Assembly (NCBI GenBank): GCA_017482355.1
Contig: JAFUNJ010000001.1
Location: forward strand, 2,888 to 66,887
DNA: 64,000 nucleotides
From: Clostridia bacterium
GTDB taxonomy: Bacteria > Bacillota > Clostridia > Oscillospirales > CAG-272
Reading direction: 5' to 3'
This document shows positions 19,801 to 28,373 of this stretch, in pieces (position 1 is the first letter of the stretch; each line of letters opens with the position of its first letter). A program made the position numbers and the translations under genes. The notes under the pieces were generated by a model. It had not been told where the DNA came from and searched no databases. It worked only from the letters and a program-made list of their open reading frames with translations.

Positions 19801-22800
19801 TGGCTTTCGGTTATGACAAGGTATATTACGGCTACAGTCCCGATGCTGAGCTGATAGAGGCGACCGGGCACAGTATAGATCTGACGTCTCATTCTATTCT
19901 TATCGCAAACGCCTTTGACGTTAAGAAGCTCTCCTCCTCAAAGGAGACGCTGAATATACTCGGAGTCAAGAACGAATATGACGTAATAATAGCCGTTTTG
20001 GATGAAAACGGAGATCCAAGTCCTTATTGCACCGTTCAAAACGGCGTGATCACCATACGTGACGATGCGCCGTGCGACCTTACCCTTACCGTTGTGATCA
20101 AGGTGAACGGTAATAATGATGCAGTAGATACCGTAGCAGATTTCTTCAAGAACGGATATACTGTCGGAGACGATCTGTACAAACTTCCCGAATATAAGTT
20201 CTATATCCACGTTACCGACCATTCTATAAGCGAATGGGAGGAATACGAGGCGCCTACCTGTACCGAGGACGGAACCGATTGGCGGTACTCCACCTGCGAT
20301 TGCTCTGAGGAGGAGTTCCGCGTTGTTTCGGCGCTCGGACATCAGGAAGTGATCGACCACGCATATCCCGCTACCTGTACCGAGGACGGCGCGACCGAGG
20401 GCTCGCATTGCGAACGCTGCGGCGAGGTTCTGATCGCTCAGGAGATCCTGTACGCATTCGGACATTCTTATACAGATGAATTCACCTGCCACGACCGTCC
20501 CTGCCAAAACGATGGTTGTACCCACGTAGAGGTGGCTACCACGGAGCACCGTTACAGCGATTGGATAGACGTACCTATGGGCGAATGCGCTCTGCAGGAT
20601 TATCACGTCCGCTACTGCATTGACTGCCGACATTCTACGACTGATCTCGGCACGGACGTTCCCGTACAGCACATGCACGACATCGGTATCCCCGAGGTGG
20701 TCTACCCGACCTGTACCGAGGACGGTTACGTAATCATTCAATGTACGCGTTGCGGAGAAGAGCTGAAAAACGATGTTCTGATAAAAACAGGTCATGATCT
20801 GGGAGATTACCTCATAACAAACGGCGGACATTATCAGAAGTGTTTGAATAATGGTTGTGATTATCAAACCGATGTTGAAGCGCACGAATTTGACCACGAC
20901 TGCGATACCGACTGTAACGAATGCGGCTTTACTCGCGTCACCTCTCACGTTATGAAGACCGAGTATAGCAAGGATGGCAGCAATCACTGGTTAGAATGTG
21001 ATATATGCGGCTTTGACGGCGAAAAGGAAGCCCACAGCTATAAGGCAAACTGTGTTATCTGTGATGTCTGCGCTTACCTAGGCGGTGGCTCACATAGCTG
21101 GAGTGACGTTTATAACAGCGACGACGGCTATCATTGGCTTGTCTGTGGGGAGTGCGGCGTTAACGGCACTCAGAGCGCACATACCTACGAGGATGACTGC
21201 ACGCTTTGCGATATATGTGACCGCGCAAGCGGAAAGAGCCACAGCTGGAGCGAGGACTATGAGCAGAATGGAAGCCATCACTGGCGCGCATGTAAGAATT
21301 GCAGTCAGACCGATGCAAAGGATGCTCACAGCTATTCCTTGTCCGAGCCCATACATCTTGCAACCAAGGCAACCTGTCAGAATGCGGCGACCTACTATTA
21401 CTACTGCGTATGCGGTAAGCTCGGAAGCGACACCTTCTCCTACGGAGAGGTTGCTGAGCATAGCTGGAACACCGACTATACGGAAGACGGCGACCGACAC
21501 TACCGTAGCTGTAAATACGGCTGCGGAAGCGTGATAGATGAGGGAGCTCACAGCTACGGCGATTATAAGGTAACAAAGAACGCTACCTGTGCCGAGACCG
21601 GGACAGAGACCCGTTATTGCACGCTTTGCGATAGCTCCGATAGCAGAGAGATACCTAAGAAGGATCACGCCTACGGAGACGATTATGAGCACGACGATGT
21701 CAGCCATTGGATCGAGTGCGGCTCCTGCGGAGAAAAGAAGGATCAGGACTTCCACCGTCTGGGCGACGATCTGATCTGCGACGTTTGCGGCTATGAAACT
21801 ACGGCAGAGCACGATTGGGATCCCGTCTACCGTTTCGATGACCAAAAGCACTGGCTTGTCTGCCTAGACTGCGGCATTATCACAGGTGAGCAGGCACATC
21901 AGTTTACAAATGACTGCGACACCGACTGCTCGATATGTGATTATACACGTACCACGGAGCACGAATGGAACGCAAGCTATTCGAATGACTCTACTGCACA
22001 CTGGATCGAGTGTGGCGAGTGCGGAGAGAAAAAGGATCGCGGCGATCATGTATATGATCACTCTTGCGATACCGACTGTAATATTTGCGGTAAGACCCGT
22101 AATATCACTCATGAATGGGGTACTGAGTACAGCAAGGATTCCGGCGGACATTGGCGCGTTTGTACTGTCTGCGGTGAAGAAGAGACAAAGACCGCTCATA
22201 TCGGCGGATCAGCTACCTGTACCGAAGCGCCTATATGTACGACCTGTAAATCCGCCTATGGATCTGCAAACGGTCACGATTACAGTGGTGAGATGCTGTA
22301 TGACGATACCCATCACTACAAGCTCTGTGAGAACGGATGCGGTACAGAGACCGCAAGAGAAGTGCATAAATTCGGCGATTATCAGGTGGTTTTGACTGCT
22401 ACCTGTACACGAGTTGGTGAGAAAAGACGTTACTGCGCGGACTGCTCGGCAAGTGAGACCAGGGATATTCCCATGACCGAGCATGATTGGAGTGATACTT
22501 GGCAGAAGGACGATACCTATCACTGGGTAGAGTGTAATGACTGCGGTCTTAACGGCGAAAAGCGTGTCCACGTCTGGGATAACGCTTGCGATACTGACTG
22601 TAACGAATGCGGTAAGGTGCGCACCGTTACTCATCAGTGGAAGGTCGACTACGCATCAGACGAAAGCAGTCATTGGCAGATCTGCGAGAACTGCGGTGCT
22701 ACCGGTGATCCTTCCGATCACGTCTGGGACAATTCCTGTGATACGGAATGTAACGAATGCGGTAAGACGCGTACCGTACAGCATCAGTGGGGCCTTAATT

Positions 22801-25409
22801 ATCAGACCGACGACGAAAAGCATTGGTACGAATGCGAGATCTGTCACGAAAGACAGGGCGAGGGCGCTCACGTGGACGGCATGGCAACCTGTACCGAGCG
22901 CGCAATCTGCGCGATCTGTCATCAGCCATACGGAACGACTACGGATCATAGCTACTCAATGCGTGTAGAAAACAGTGATTACCTCAAGCAAGCCGCCACC
23001 TGCGAGGGAGAGGGCATTTACTACTTCTCCTGCGTCTGCGGCGAAAAGGGTACTGCTACCTTTACGGTGGCTGCTCTCGGTCACGACTGGAGCACGCAAT
23101 ACAACTCTGACGGCACCTATCACTGGCTGGATTGCAGCCGTTGCTCCGAAACGGATGGCAAATCCGTTCACTCGGGCGGAAACGCTACCTGCCAAGATAA
23201 GGCGGTCTGTACGACCTGCGGCAAGGCATACGGTGACTTCGGAGATCACGACTACAGCGTGAAGAATAATGAGTATAAGGCGTCTGATGCGACCTGCGAG
23301 AGCCCTGCTTATTATTACTATACCTGCTCATGCTGCGGAAAAGCGGGAAATACCACATATGCGGTAGGCAATTCTCTCGGACACAGCTGGAGCAATAAAT
23401 ATACCGTCACCGACAGCAATCATTATTATGAATGTCTCAACGGTTGCGGCGATCACCTTTCGGAGGGTGTGCATACCTACGGTGATTATCTCCAAACGAC
23501 TGCGCCGACATGTACCTCAAAGGGCGAAGAGAAGCGCACCTGTACAGCTTGCGGTCATGAGCAGTATCGCGAAGTCGAAATGCTTCCTCACGAGATGTCC
23601 GATGAGGAGGAGATAGTAACCGACATTGTCGAGGGAGACGGGGAATATCTGTATATCCATAATATCGTCTTCCGTTGTAAGAATTGCGACTACTATGAAG
23701 TTCAGTCAACCTCAACTGCACATATTCATGAAGCAGTGGATTATATCCTCGGTACGCCTCCGACCTGTACCGAAAACGGCTTGACCAGCGGCGTAATTTG
23801 TGCCGTCGCGGGCTGCGGTGAGGTTCGCATAGCGCAAGAGACAATAGACGCACTCGGACACGATTACGTCGAGGGCATCTGCTCGCGTTGCGGAGAACGC
23901 GAGGAATACTATTCCAAGGGACTTGAATACGAGCTCAGCAGCGACGGAACATACTATATCGTGACGGAAATCGGTACTTGTACCGATACCGAGCTTGTTA
24001 TTCCTTCCTCCTATAACGGAAAACCCGTTAAGGAAATCGGAACATCGGCGTTCTACGGAGCGAATATGTTTACAAGCGTGACTATCCCCGAAAACATAAC
24101 TAAGATAGGAGATAATGCATTCGGCTATTGTACAAATTTGGAAAGGCTATACATCAATTCTATAGAATTGGAGGATTTGACTTATTCAAGTGATGCTTTT
24201 TACTATGCCGGACGAGATTCCGGAGGATTTTCGGTAACATTTGGTGCTTCGGTTACTAAGATTCCCAACAACTTGTTCTATTCGTATTATGACTATACAA
24301 ATCAAATCTATTTTGTCAATCTGAAGGAGGTTGTGTTCGAAGAGAACAGCTCCTGCAAGCGTATAGGTGACGGCGCATTCCGTTTCTGCGCAGGATTGAC
24401 TCAGATTGAATTGCCGGAGGGACTACAGTATATCGGCGCAAGTGCCTTTGCAGATTGTTATAATCTGATAGACGTAACAATGTATGATGAAGTCCTTGAG
24501 ATCGGTGTCCGCGCATTTTCGTGCTGTGCATTCCAAAGTATACGGCTCAGCAACAATCTGACGACTATAGGCGATTATGCATTTGAATCCTGCGACTATC
24601 TGGTCAGCGTTGTCATTCCCGACAGTGTTAAGTATTTGGGCGATGCTGTGTTCTACTACAGTATTTCTCTCAAGGAGATCACTATCGGAAAGGGCGTTCT
24701 GGATTTAGGAGAAAGCTTGCTTTGGTACTGCGAAGCACTTGAAGTGATAATATACAATGCAACCAATGCTAACGATTTTGAAAATGATCTGTGTAAGCCA
24801 ATCATATATATTACCGGAAATTCAGGTAACGGTATTGAGCTGATCGTTGGCGCTAACGTGCAGAGGATTCCTGCCAATTTGTGTAATGACGAAGGACGCT
24901 CGAATCTGGTTAAACTAACATTTGCAAGCGGCAGTGTTTGCCAAGAAATCGGAGACGATGCGTTTTCTTATTGTGAAAAGCTGACCGCGGTTACACTCGG
25001 TTCATGCTTGACACGCATCGGCGAAAGAGCATTTTTGTGGTGTACTTCTTTGACTTCCATTAAGATTCCAAACAGTTTGACTACCATATCCACGGAAGCA
25101 TTCGCTTGCAGCGGACTTCAAACCGTTACGCTTGGCAGCGGCTTGAAGACGATCGATTTCTGTGCATTCGGTTATTGTGAAAGTCTAAAGTCGATCACTA
25201 TTCCCGCCAGCGTGAATTACATTGGAGCATATGCTTTTGACAATTGTGTTTCGCTTAAGACGATCACGTTCTCGGGAAGCGCACCTGAAATGGATTACGA
25301 GCCGTTCTGCCGAGTTACAGCAACGGTCTATTACCCGAGAAGTAATAGCACTTGGACTGCTGAGGTTAAGGAGTATTGCGGCGGCACCCTCACCTGGATA
25401 GCAAAATAA
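16887..25409 (+). CDS. giant secreted dockerin protein with Cys/His-repeat stalk and C-terminal BspA-type LRRs
   Basis: GAGGTG RBS then GTG 16887; signal peptide; duplicated dockerin DTDGDGDVDVADAVYLLRH / DMDGDEDTDVADAVYLLRH; many ATCTxxG, HWxxCxxCG and CDTDCNxCG repeats; LRR_5 repeats from ~23950; no C-terminal anchor. Confidence 0.85.
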   Translation: MKQIRIWSIFLVISMLLQFGAGAFPVSATDGNEETHIHSEEENLQSSLSDSSASEAGDTDGDGDVDVADAVYLLRHVLKPQDYPVTAESDMDGDEDTDVADAVYLLRHTLMPSKYPLKVHAHIVVNQQAVAATCTRSGLTAGSYCSDCGEILEAQKVLPPKGHTSEVVEEISADCTQDGMVKAHCDVCDTDFLSELTYAKGHDYGQEQIQTEATCTTDGISLYVCAECGHSESAVVPAKGHTLIASGTTENGTVIYTCTDCGLETQDSSTVDSHKEDHAFGCDKNFTFDIIYDGDEEYIRDHLLISDAYYVDPTTEERLPYDLEYKGDGRWTVSPSEDYEGGNTYCAKIDGDLKFADYESEELYFSIADDVHSDITLSDGIIFIPMPAIGTVDRQQYLLETNTDNEFFYLTMPDDGTLSQEHVGRIVCAGAYKSMDEFTADNSKECYFGKLEKLYATADGKILLVLSCPELYEIYSELDIYENYIVELTEEDIPEDISEQAVYALRHSDDFGEFVTGITLAAKAYADGIGATAVGVDDLSFLDDMGLIPSFKIENDNKLIVSIQGNLPIKLKNKEGKDCGTVTVSFLTKAEYSFTVTGACELKYFLGIPTGVKKFDFNVTQTSSYTLEFSVKVAIDPLSKPEGKSIVKTPLGVYHLKDCLTISAFPKGSLTAVTNDQMDEAYRNSDGSVDLDCPVCNPTMSYLKKNVYVANKDTETIHRFVCAESDRVDATNVEVLESIPLVMDYTLCETCLQGKSNTEEQNFEEMLVDALRYQNWSDIASSVKKALTKSDKPAEKESEFTLMKLPIPFAGIFQLTLEAEMVISFKFSGSVSLTYTNSTTTVAGVRLNSSNTLEPYSSRTMTEKNTTFKVAGGLDVKAGIRFQMNVGMRGFLSKFIYIKLGAEVGTYSDLDGILFAEGTVTEEGGQTDKTSSAFIAAYWEMGLYGDIFFDYKVVFWGNKFSLLGSDKRLPILAFGYDKVYYGYSPDAELIEATGHSIDLTSHSILIANAFDVKKLSSSKETLNILGVKNEYDVIIAVLDENGDPSPYCTVQNGVITIRDDAPCDLTLTVVIKVNGNNDAVDTVADFFKNGYTVGDDLYKLPEYKFYIHVTDHSISEWEEYEAPTCTEDGTDWRYSTCDCSEEEFRVVSALGHQEVIDHAYPATCTEDGATEGSHCERCGEVLIAQEILYAFGHSYTDEFTCHDRPCQNDGCTHVEVATTEHRYSDWIDVPMGECALQDYHVRYCIDCRHSTTDLGTDVPVQHMHDIGIPEVVYPTCTEDGYVIIQCTRCGEELKNDVLIKTGHDLGDYLITNGGHYQKCLNNGCDYQTDVEAHEFDHDCDTDCNECGFTRVTSHVMKTEYSKDGSNHWLECDICGFDGEKEAHSYKANCVICDVCAYLGGGSHSWSDVYNSDDGYHWLVCGECGVNGTQSAHTYEDDCTLCDICDRASGKSHSWSEDYEQNGSHHWRACKNCSQTDAKDAHSYSLSEPIHLATKATCQNAATYYYYCVCGKLGSDTFSYGEVAEHSWNTDYTEDGDRHYRSCKYGCGSVIDEGAHSYGDYKVTKNATCAETGTETRYCTLCDSSDSREIPKKDHAYGDDYEHDDVSHWIECGSCGEKKDQDFHRLGDDLICDVCGYETTAEHDWDPVYRFDDQKHWLVCLDCGIITGEQAHQFTNDCDTDCSICDYTRTTEHEWNASYSNDSTAHWIECGECGEKKDRGDHVYDHSCDTDCNICGKTRNITHEWGTEYSKDSGGHWRVCTVCGEEETKTAHIGGSATCTEAPICTTCKSAYGSANGHDYSGEMLYDDTHHYKLCENGCGTETAREVHKFGDYQVVLTATCTRVGEKRRYCADCSASETRDIPMTEHDWSDTWQKDDTYHWVECNDCGLNGEKRVHVWDNACDTDCNECGKVRTVTHQWKVDYASDESSHWQICENCGATGDPSDHVWDNSCDTECNECGKTRTVQHQWGLNYQTDDEKHWYECEICHERQGEGAHVDGMATCTERAICAICHQPYGTTTDHSYSMRVENSDYLKQAATCEGEGIYYFSCVCGEKGTATFTVAALGHDWSTQYNSDGTYHWLDCSRCSETDGKSVHSGGNATCQDKAVCTTCGKAYGDFGDHDYSVKNNEYKASDATCESPAYYYYTCSCCGKAGNTTYAVGNSLGHSWSNKYTVTDSNHYYECLNGCGDHLSEGVHTYGDYLQTTAPTCTSKGEEKRTCTACGHEQYREVEMLPHEMSDEEEIVTDIVEGDGEYLYIHNIVFRCKNCDYYEVQSTSTAHIHEAVDYILGTPPTCTENGLTSGVICAVAGCGEVRIAQETIDALGHDYVEGICSRCGEREEYYSKGLEYELSSDGTYYIVTEIGTCTDTELVIPSSYNGKPVKEIGTSAFYGANMFTSVTIPENITKIGDNAFGYCTNLERLYINSIELEDLTYSSDAFYYAGRDSGGFSVTFGASVTKIPNNLFYSYYDYTNQIYFVNLKEVVFEENSSCKRIGDGAFRFCAGLTQIELPEGLQYIGASAFADCYNLIDVTMYDEVLEIGVRAFSCCAFQSIRLSNNLTTIGDYAFESCDYLVSVVIPDSVKYLGDAVFYYSISLKEITIGKGVLDLGESLLWYCEALEVIIYNATNANDFENDLCKPIIYITGNSGNGIELIVGANVQRIPANLCNDEGRSNLVKLTFASGSVCQEIGDDAFSYCEKLTAVTLGSCLTRIGERAFLWCTSLTSIKIPNSLTTISTEAFACSGLQTVTLGSGLKTIDFCAFGYCESLKSITIPASVNYIGAYAFDNCVSLKTITFSGSAPEMDYEPFCRVTATVYYPRSNSTWTAEVKEYCGGTLTWIAK

Positions 25410-25420
25410 CCCCTTAAAAC

Positions 25421-25453
25421 CAAAAGAGACGGGAAAACTTCCCGTCTCTTTTT
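25421..25453 (+). terminator. intrinsic terminator of the cohesin-dockerin operon
   Basis: AAAAGAGACGGGAA-AAC-TTCCCGTCTCTTTTT. Confidence 0.8.
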
Positions 25454-25478
25454 GATGTTACATTATTTGCCCTTCTTC

Positions 25479-25526
25479 TTTACAAAAAAGAAAAACTAAT
25501 GTATAATGATACCGAACAAAGTGTTC
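25479..25526 (+). promoter_or_regulatory. tetR promoter with putative autoregulatory operator
   Basis: TTTACA-17-TATAAT, followed after 1 nt by ATACCGAACAAAGTGTTC. Confidence 0.65.
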
Positions 25527-25550
25527 GAAATATACCGAAGGTGAGAAAAT

Positions 25551-26084
25551 ATGGACAGACGGCAGAAAAAGACGCGAAGGGCGATACTTGCTTCCTTCCG
25601 TGCGCTTCTTGAAAAGAAGCGATACGAGCATATAACCGTTCAGGAAATAATCGACGGCGCCGATGTCGGCAGGAGCACATTTTACTCGCATTTTGAGACG
25701 AAGGATATGCTTCTCGACGCGCTTGCAGGCGAGATATTCCAGCACATTTTTGAGGACGATCCCTGTCCTTGGGTCGGCAAGGACGGTGAGCTCGAGGGTA
25801 AGCTCTCGCATATCCTCTGGCATATTCGCGCCGAAAGGGAAAACCTCGCAGGCGTTCTGCTCTCCGACAGCGGCGAGCTGTTTATGGGCTATTTCAAAAA
25901 CCATCTCAAAGCCGTCTTTACCCAATATATTGATAACTTCACACAAGACGTTCCGCGCGGATTTCTGATCGAATATCTTTCGGGAAGCTTCGCTGAGACT
26001 GTGCGATGGTGGATAAAAGAGGGGATGAAAACGTCGCCCGAGGACGTTGCAAAATATTTTATGGGAATGGTGAACAGAAAATGA
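25551..26084 (+). CDS. TetR/AcrR family transcriptional regulator
   Basis: MDRRQKKTR...ITVQEIIDGADVGRSTFYSHF HTH. Confidence 0.9.
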   Translation: MDRRQKKTRRAILASFRALLEKKRYEHITVQEIIDGADVGRSTFYSHFETKDMLLDALAGEIFQHIFEDDPCPWVGKDGELEGKLSHILWHIRAERENLAGVLLSDSGELFMGYFKNHLKAVFTQYIDNFTQDVPRGFLIEYLSGSFAETVRWWIKEGMKTSPEDVAKYFMGMVNRK

Positions 26085-27688
26085 AGGTAAGTGTTATTCA
26101 GCCGTATTATTCCTTTGACGAAAAGGATATAGATTCCTGCTATGAGGGAATGTTCGATCTGCTTGACAAGTGTGATGAGAGTAACGATATAATCGTTCTC
26201 CCCGAATATTGCGACATTCCCGCCGCGACGAAGGGCGGAGAATCCTTCCGCGCTTCGATAGAGACGAGAAACAAGGACGTTTTTGAGCGCGTGAAAGCCG
26301 CCGCTATCCGCTGTAACGCGATAGTTTTTGCGAACTTCGCTGACAAGACCGAGACTGGCTATCGCAATACGACCTTTGCCTTTGACAGGTCGGGCAACGT
26401 CGTCGGAAAATACTATAAGGCACATCCTGCGCCGAGTGAGGTCAAAATTCTGAGTGAGGGCGGCAACGGCGTTGACGTTTCCTATTCCTATACGGCGGAC
26501 GAGCCGTACGTAATTGAGATCGAGGGCATACGCTTCGGCTTTATGACCTGCTACGATTTCTATTTCTATGAGGAGTTCGCACAGCTCGCAAGATACGATG
26601 TCGATATTATAATCGGCTGCTCTCATCAGCGCACAGATACTCACCGTGCACTCGAAATAATAAACAGCTTCCTTTCCTATCATACGAACGCATATCTGCT
26701 TCGCTCGTCGGTCTCTCTCGGTGAGGACAGCCCGATCTGCGGCTGCTCGACTGTTATCGCGCCTGACGGAAATATTCTAGTCGATATGAAGAGCAAGGTC
26801 GGCATCGGCACTTGTGAAATAGATCCGAAGAATAAATATTACAAGCCGGCGGGCTTCAAGGGCAAGATGAAGTCGCACTACGAATATATCGAGGAAGGAC
26901 GCCGTCCGTGGCTCTACCGAAACGGCGGAAAGAGCGTCGTTCCGTTTGACAGATATATGCCTTATCCGCGCCTCTGTGCGCACCGCGGCTTCAGCTCGGC
27001 GCTTCCCGAAAACACGATGGTGTCGTTCGGTGCCGCTATCGCGCTCGGAGCGTCGGAAATTGAATTTGACCTTTGGGTAACTAAGGACGGCGAGCTTGTT
27101 TCCTGCCACGACGCAACGCTTGACCGCGTTTCAAACGGTAGCGGATATGTATGGGAAAAGACACTTGACGAGCTTAAAACGCTCGATTTCGGTGTCAAAT
27201 ACGGTGAAAAATACCAAGGTCTAAAAATTGCTACCTTCGAGGAGATACTCGCAAAATTCGCTTCGCAGACGGTAATGAATATCCACTATAAGCCAGATAC
27301 TATGTCCGACGAAACGCTCGACAAGATAGTCAAGCTTCTTCACAAGTACGACTGCGACAAGCACGTCTACCTTATGATAACGAGCGACGAGGTCATAAGA
27401 AAGGTTAAGTCGCTCCGCCCCGAAATGAAGATCTGTGTGGGTGAGGACGGCAGTTACCGCATAGTTGACCGCGCGATAGAGCTCGGCTGCGAAATGGTGC
27501 AGATCTTTACGCCCGACGGAAAGAATATTAATAAGGAAATGATAGACCGCGCGCACGCGCACGGAATCAACGTCAACGTCTTCTATTCCGACTCGGTCGA
27601 TTTTGCAAGAGAGCTTCTCGATATGGGAGCCGACACGATACTTACGAACGAATATCTGAAGCTTTCGGGCGCGCTTGGAATAAAATAA
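26081..27688 (+). CDS. carbon-nitrogen hydrolase / glycerophosphodiester phosphodiesterase fusion protein
   Basis: Nitrilase triad LPEY, YYKAH, TCYD; GDPD motifs AHRG, PENT, EFD, CHD; ATGA overlap with tetR. Confidence 0.85.
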   Translation: MKVSVIQPYYSFDEKDIDSCYEGMFDLLDKCDESNDIIVLPEYCDIPAATKGGESFRASIETRNKDVFERVKAAAIRCNAIVFANFADKTETGYRNTTFAFDRSGNVVGKYYKAHPAPSEVKILSEGGNGVDVSYSYTADEPYVIEIEGIRFGFMTCYDFYFYEEFAQLARYDVDIIIGCSHQRTDTHRALEIINSFLSYHTNAYLLRSSVSLGEDSPICGCSTVIAPDGNILVDMKSKVGIGTCEIDPKNKYYKPAGFKGKMKSHYEYIEEGRRPWLYRNGGKSVVPFDRYMPYPRLCAHRGFSSALPENTMVSFGAAIALGASEIEFDLWVTKDGELVSCHDATLDRVSNGSGYVWEKTLDELKTLDFGVKYGEKYQGLKIATFEEILAKFASQTVMNIHYKPDTMSDETLDKIVKLLHKYDCDKHVYLMITSDEVIRKVKSLRPEMKICVGEDGSYRIVDRAIELGCEMVQIFTPDGKNINKEMIDRAHAHGINVNVFYSDSVDFARELLDMGADTILTNEYLKLSGALGIK

Positions 27689-27720
27689 AAACAACGGACA
27701 CACCGCGGTGTGTCCGTTGT

Positions 27721-27912
27721 TCATTTAATTATGCTTTCAAGCACCGCGTCGAGTTTAGCAAACGCGTCGTCGTTTTGGCTCTTGTCTTTCAGATAATCGG
27801 AAAGCATATTGAGCGCGCGGAGGCGGTCTGCCGTCTTTTCCTCGGGATCAAAGGCAATTTCCGCCATCTGCCGCATTATCTTTTTTTCGTCGGGAATTTT
27901 TCTCCTCATCAT
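27721..27912 (-). CDS. small hypothetical protein, weakly similar to the C-terminus of a terminase small subunit
   Basis: GAGGTG RBS; EIAF...DRLRALNML pattern. Confidence 0.5.
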   Translation of the reverse strand: MMRRKIPDEKKIMRQMAEIAFDPEEKTADRLRALNMLSDYLKDKSQNDDAFAKLDAVLESIIK

Positions 27913-28056
27913 ATCACCTCACAATATATTCGGTAATATAATAGCATAAGTTAAACGAAAAATCGCCCCTTAAAATTCCCGTGTTTTTACCGTTGTCGGT
28001 GGGGATTTCCGCGAGATCCGAACGGCAAAGCCGTTCGCCCTGCGGGTTTCGACTGC

Positions 28057-28366
28057 GTCATCCTGAGCGGAACAAAGTGAAGCCGAACTGCGAAGCGGCA
28101 CCGAAGCGTAAGCGTAGGTGAGATCTTAGGCGGACTTCGCTCAAGATGACACGCGGAATAACATTGCGGTTAAATTCCCCCTCTTTCTCCTTTTTGTGGG
28201 GCGCGGAAGGACTTCACATTCAATCTATTGCGGACGTTTAGACGCTCAGTCACTTTATTTTACCTTCTCCAGCGGGAGAAGGTAACGAGCGTGGCGCATC
28301 TTCTTTGCAAGATATTCCACATCGTGATCGAGTAATAAAAAATGCCTTCCCCGCTCGGGGAAGGCA
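28057..28366. repeat. mosaic of REP-like palindromes
   Basis: GTCATCCTGAGCG...CGCTCAAGATGAC inverted repeat (28057-28150); CCTTC(T/C)CC..GG(A/G)GAAGG hairpins at 28261-28284 and 28343-28366. Confidence 0.6.
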
Positions 28367-28373
28367 AAATAAA

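Noticed and set aside
20880-22800. Recurring DNA repeats (TGCGATACCGACTGTAA-like) as a CRISPR array or DGR template
   Set aside because: They are in-frame coding repeats with synonymous variation and irregular spacing; there is no cas or reverse transcriptase gene.
20220-23900. Giant protein as a multiheme cytochrome
   Set aside because: Almost all motifs are CxxCG/D/S. I saw only two CxxCH (CEICH, CAICH), consistent with chance variants of the repeat, and no cytochrome c maturation genes are present.
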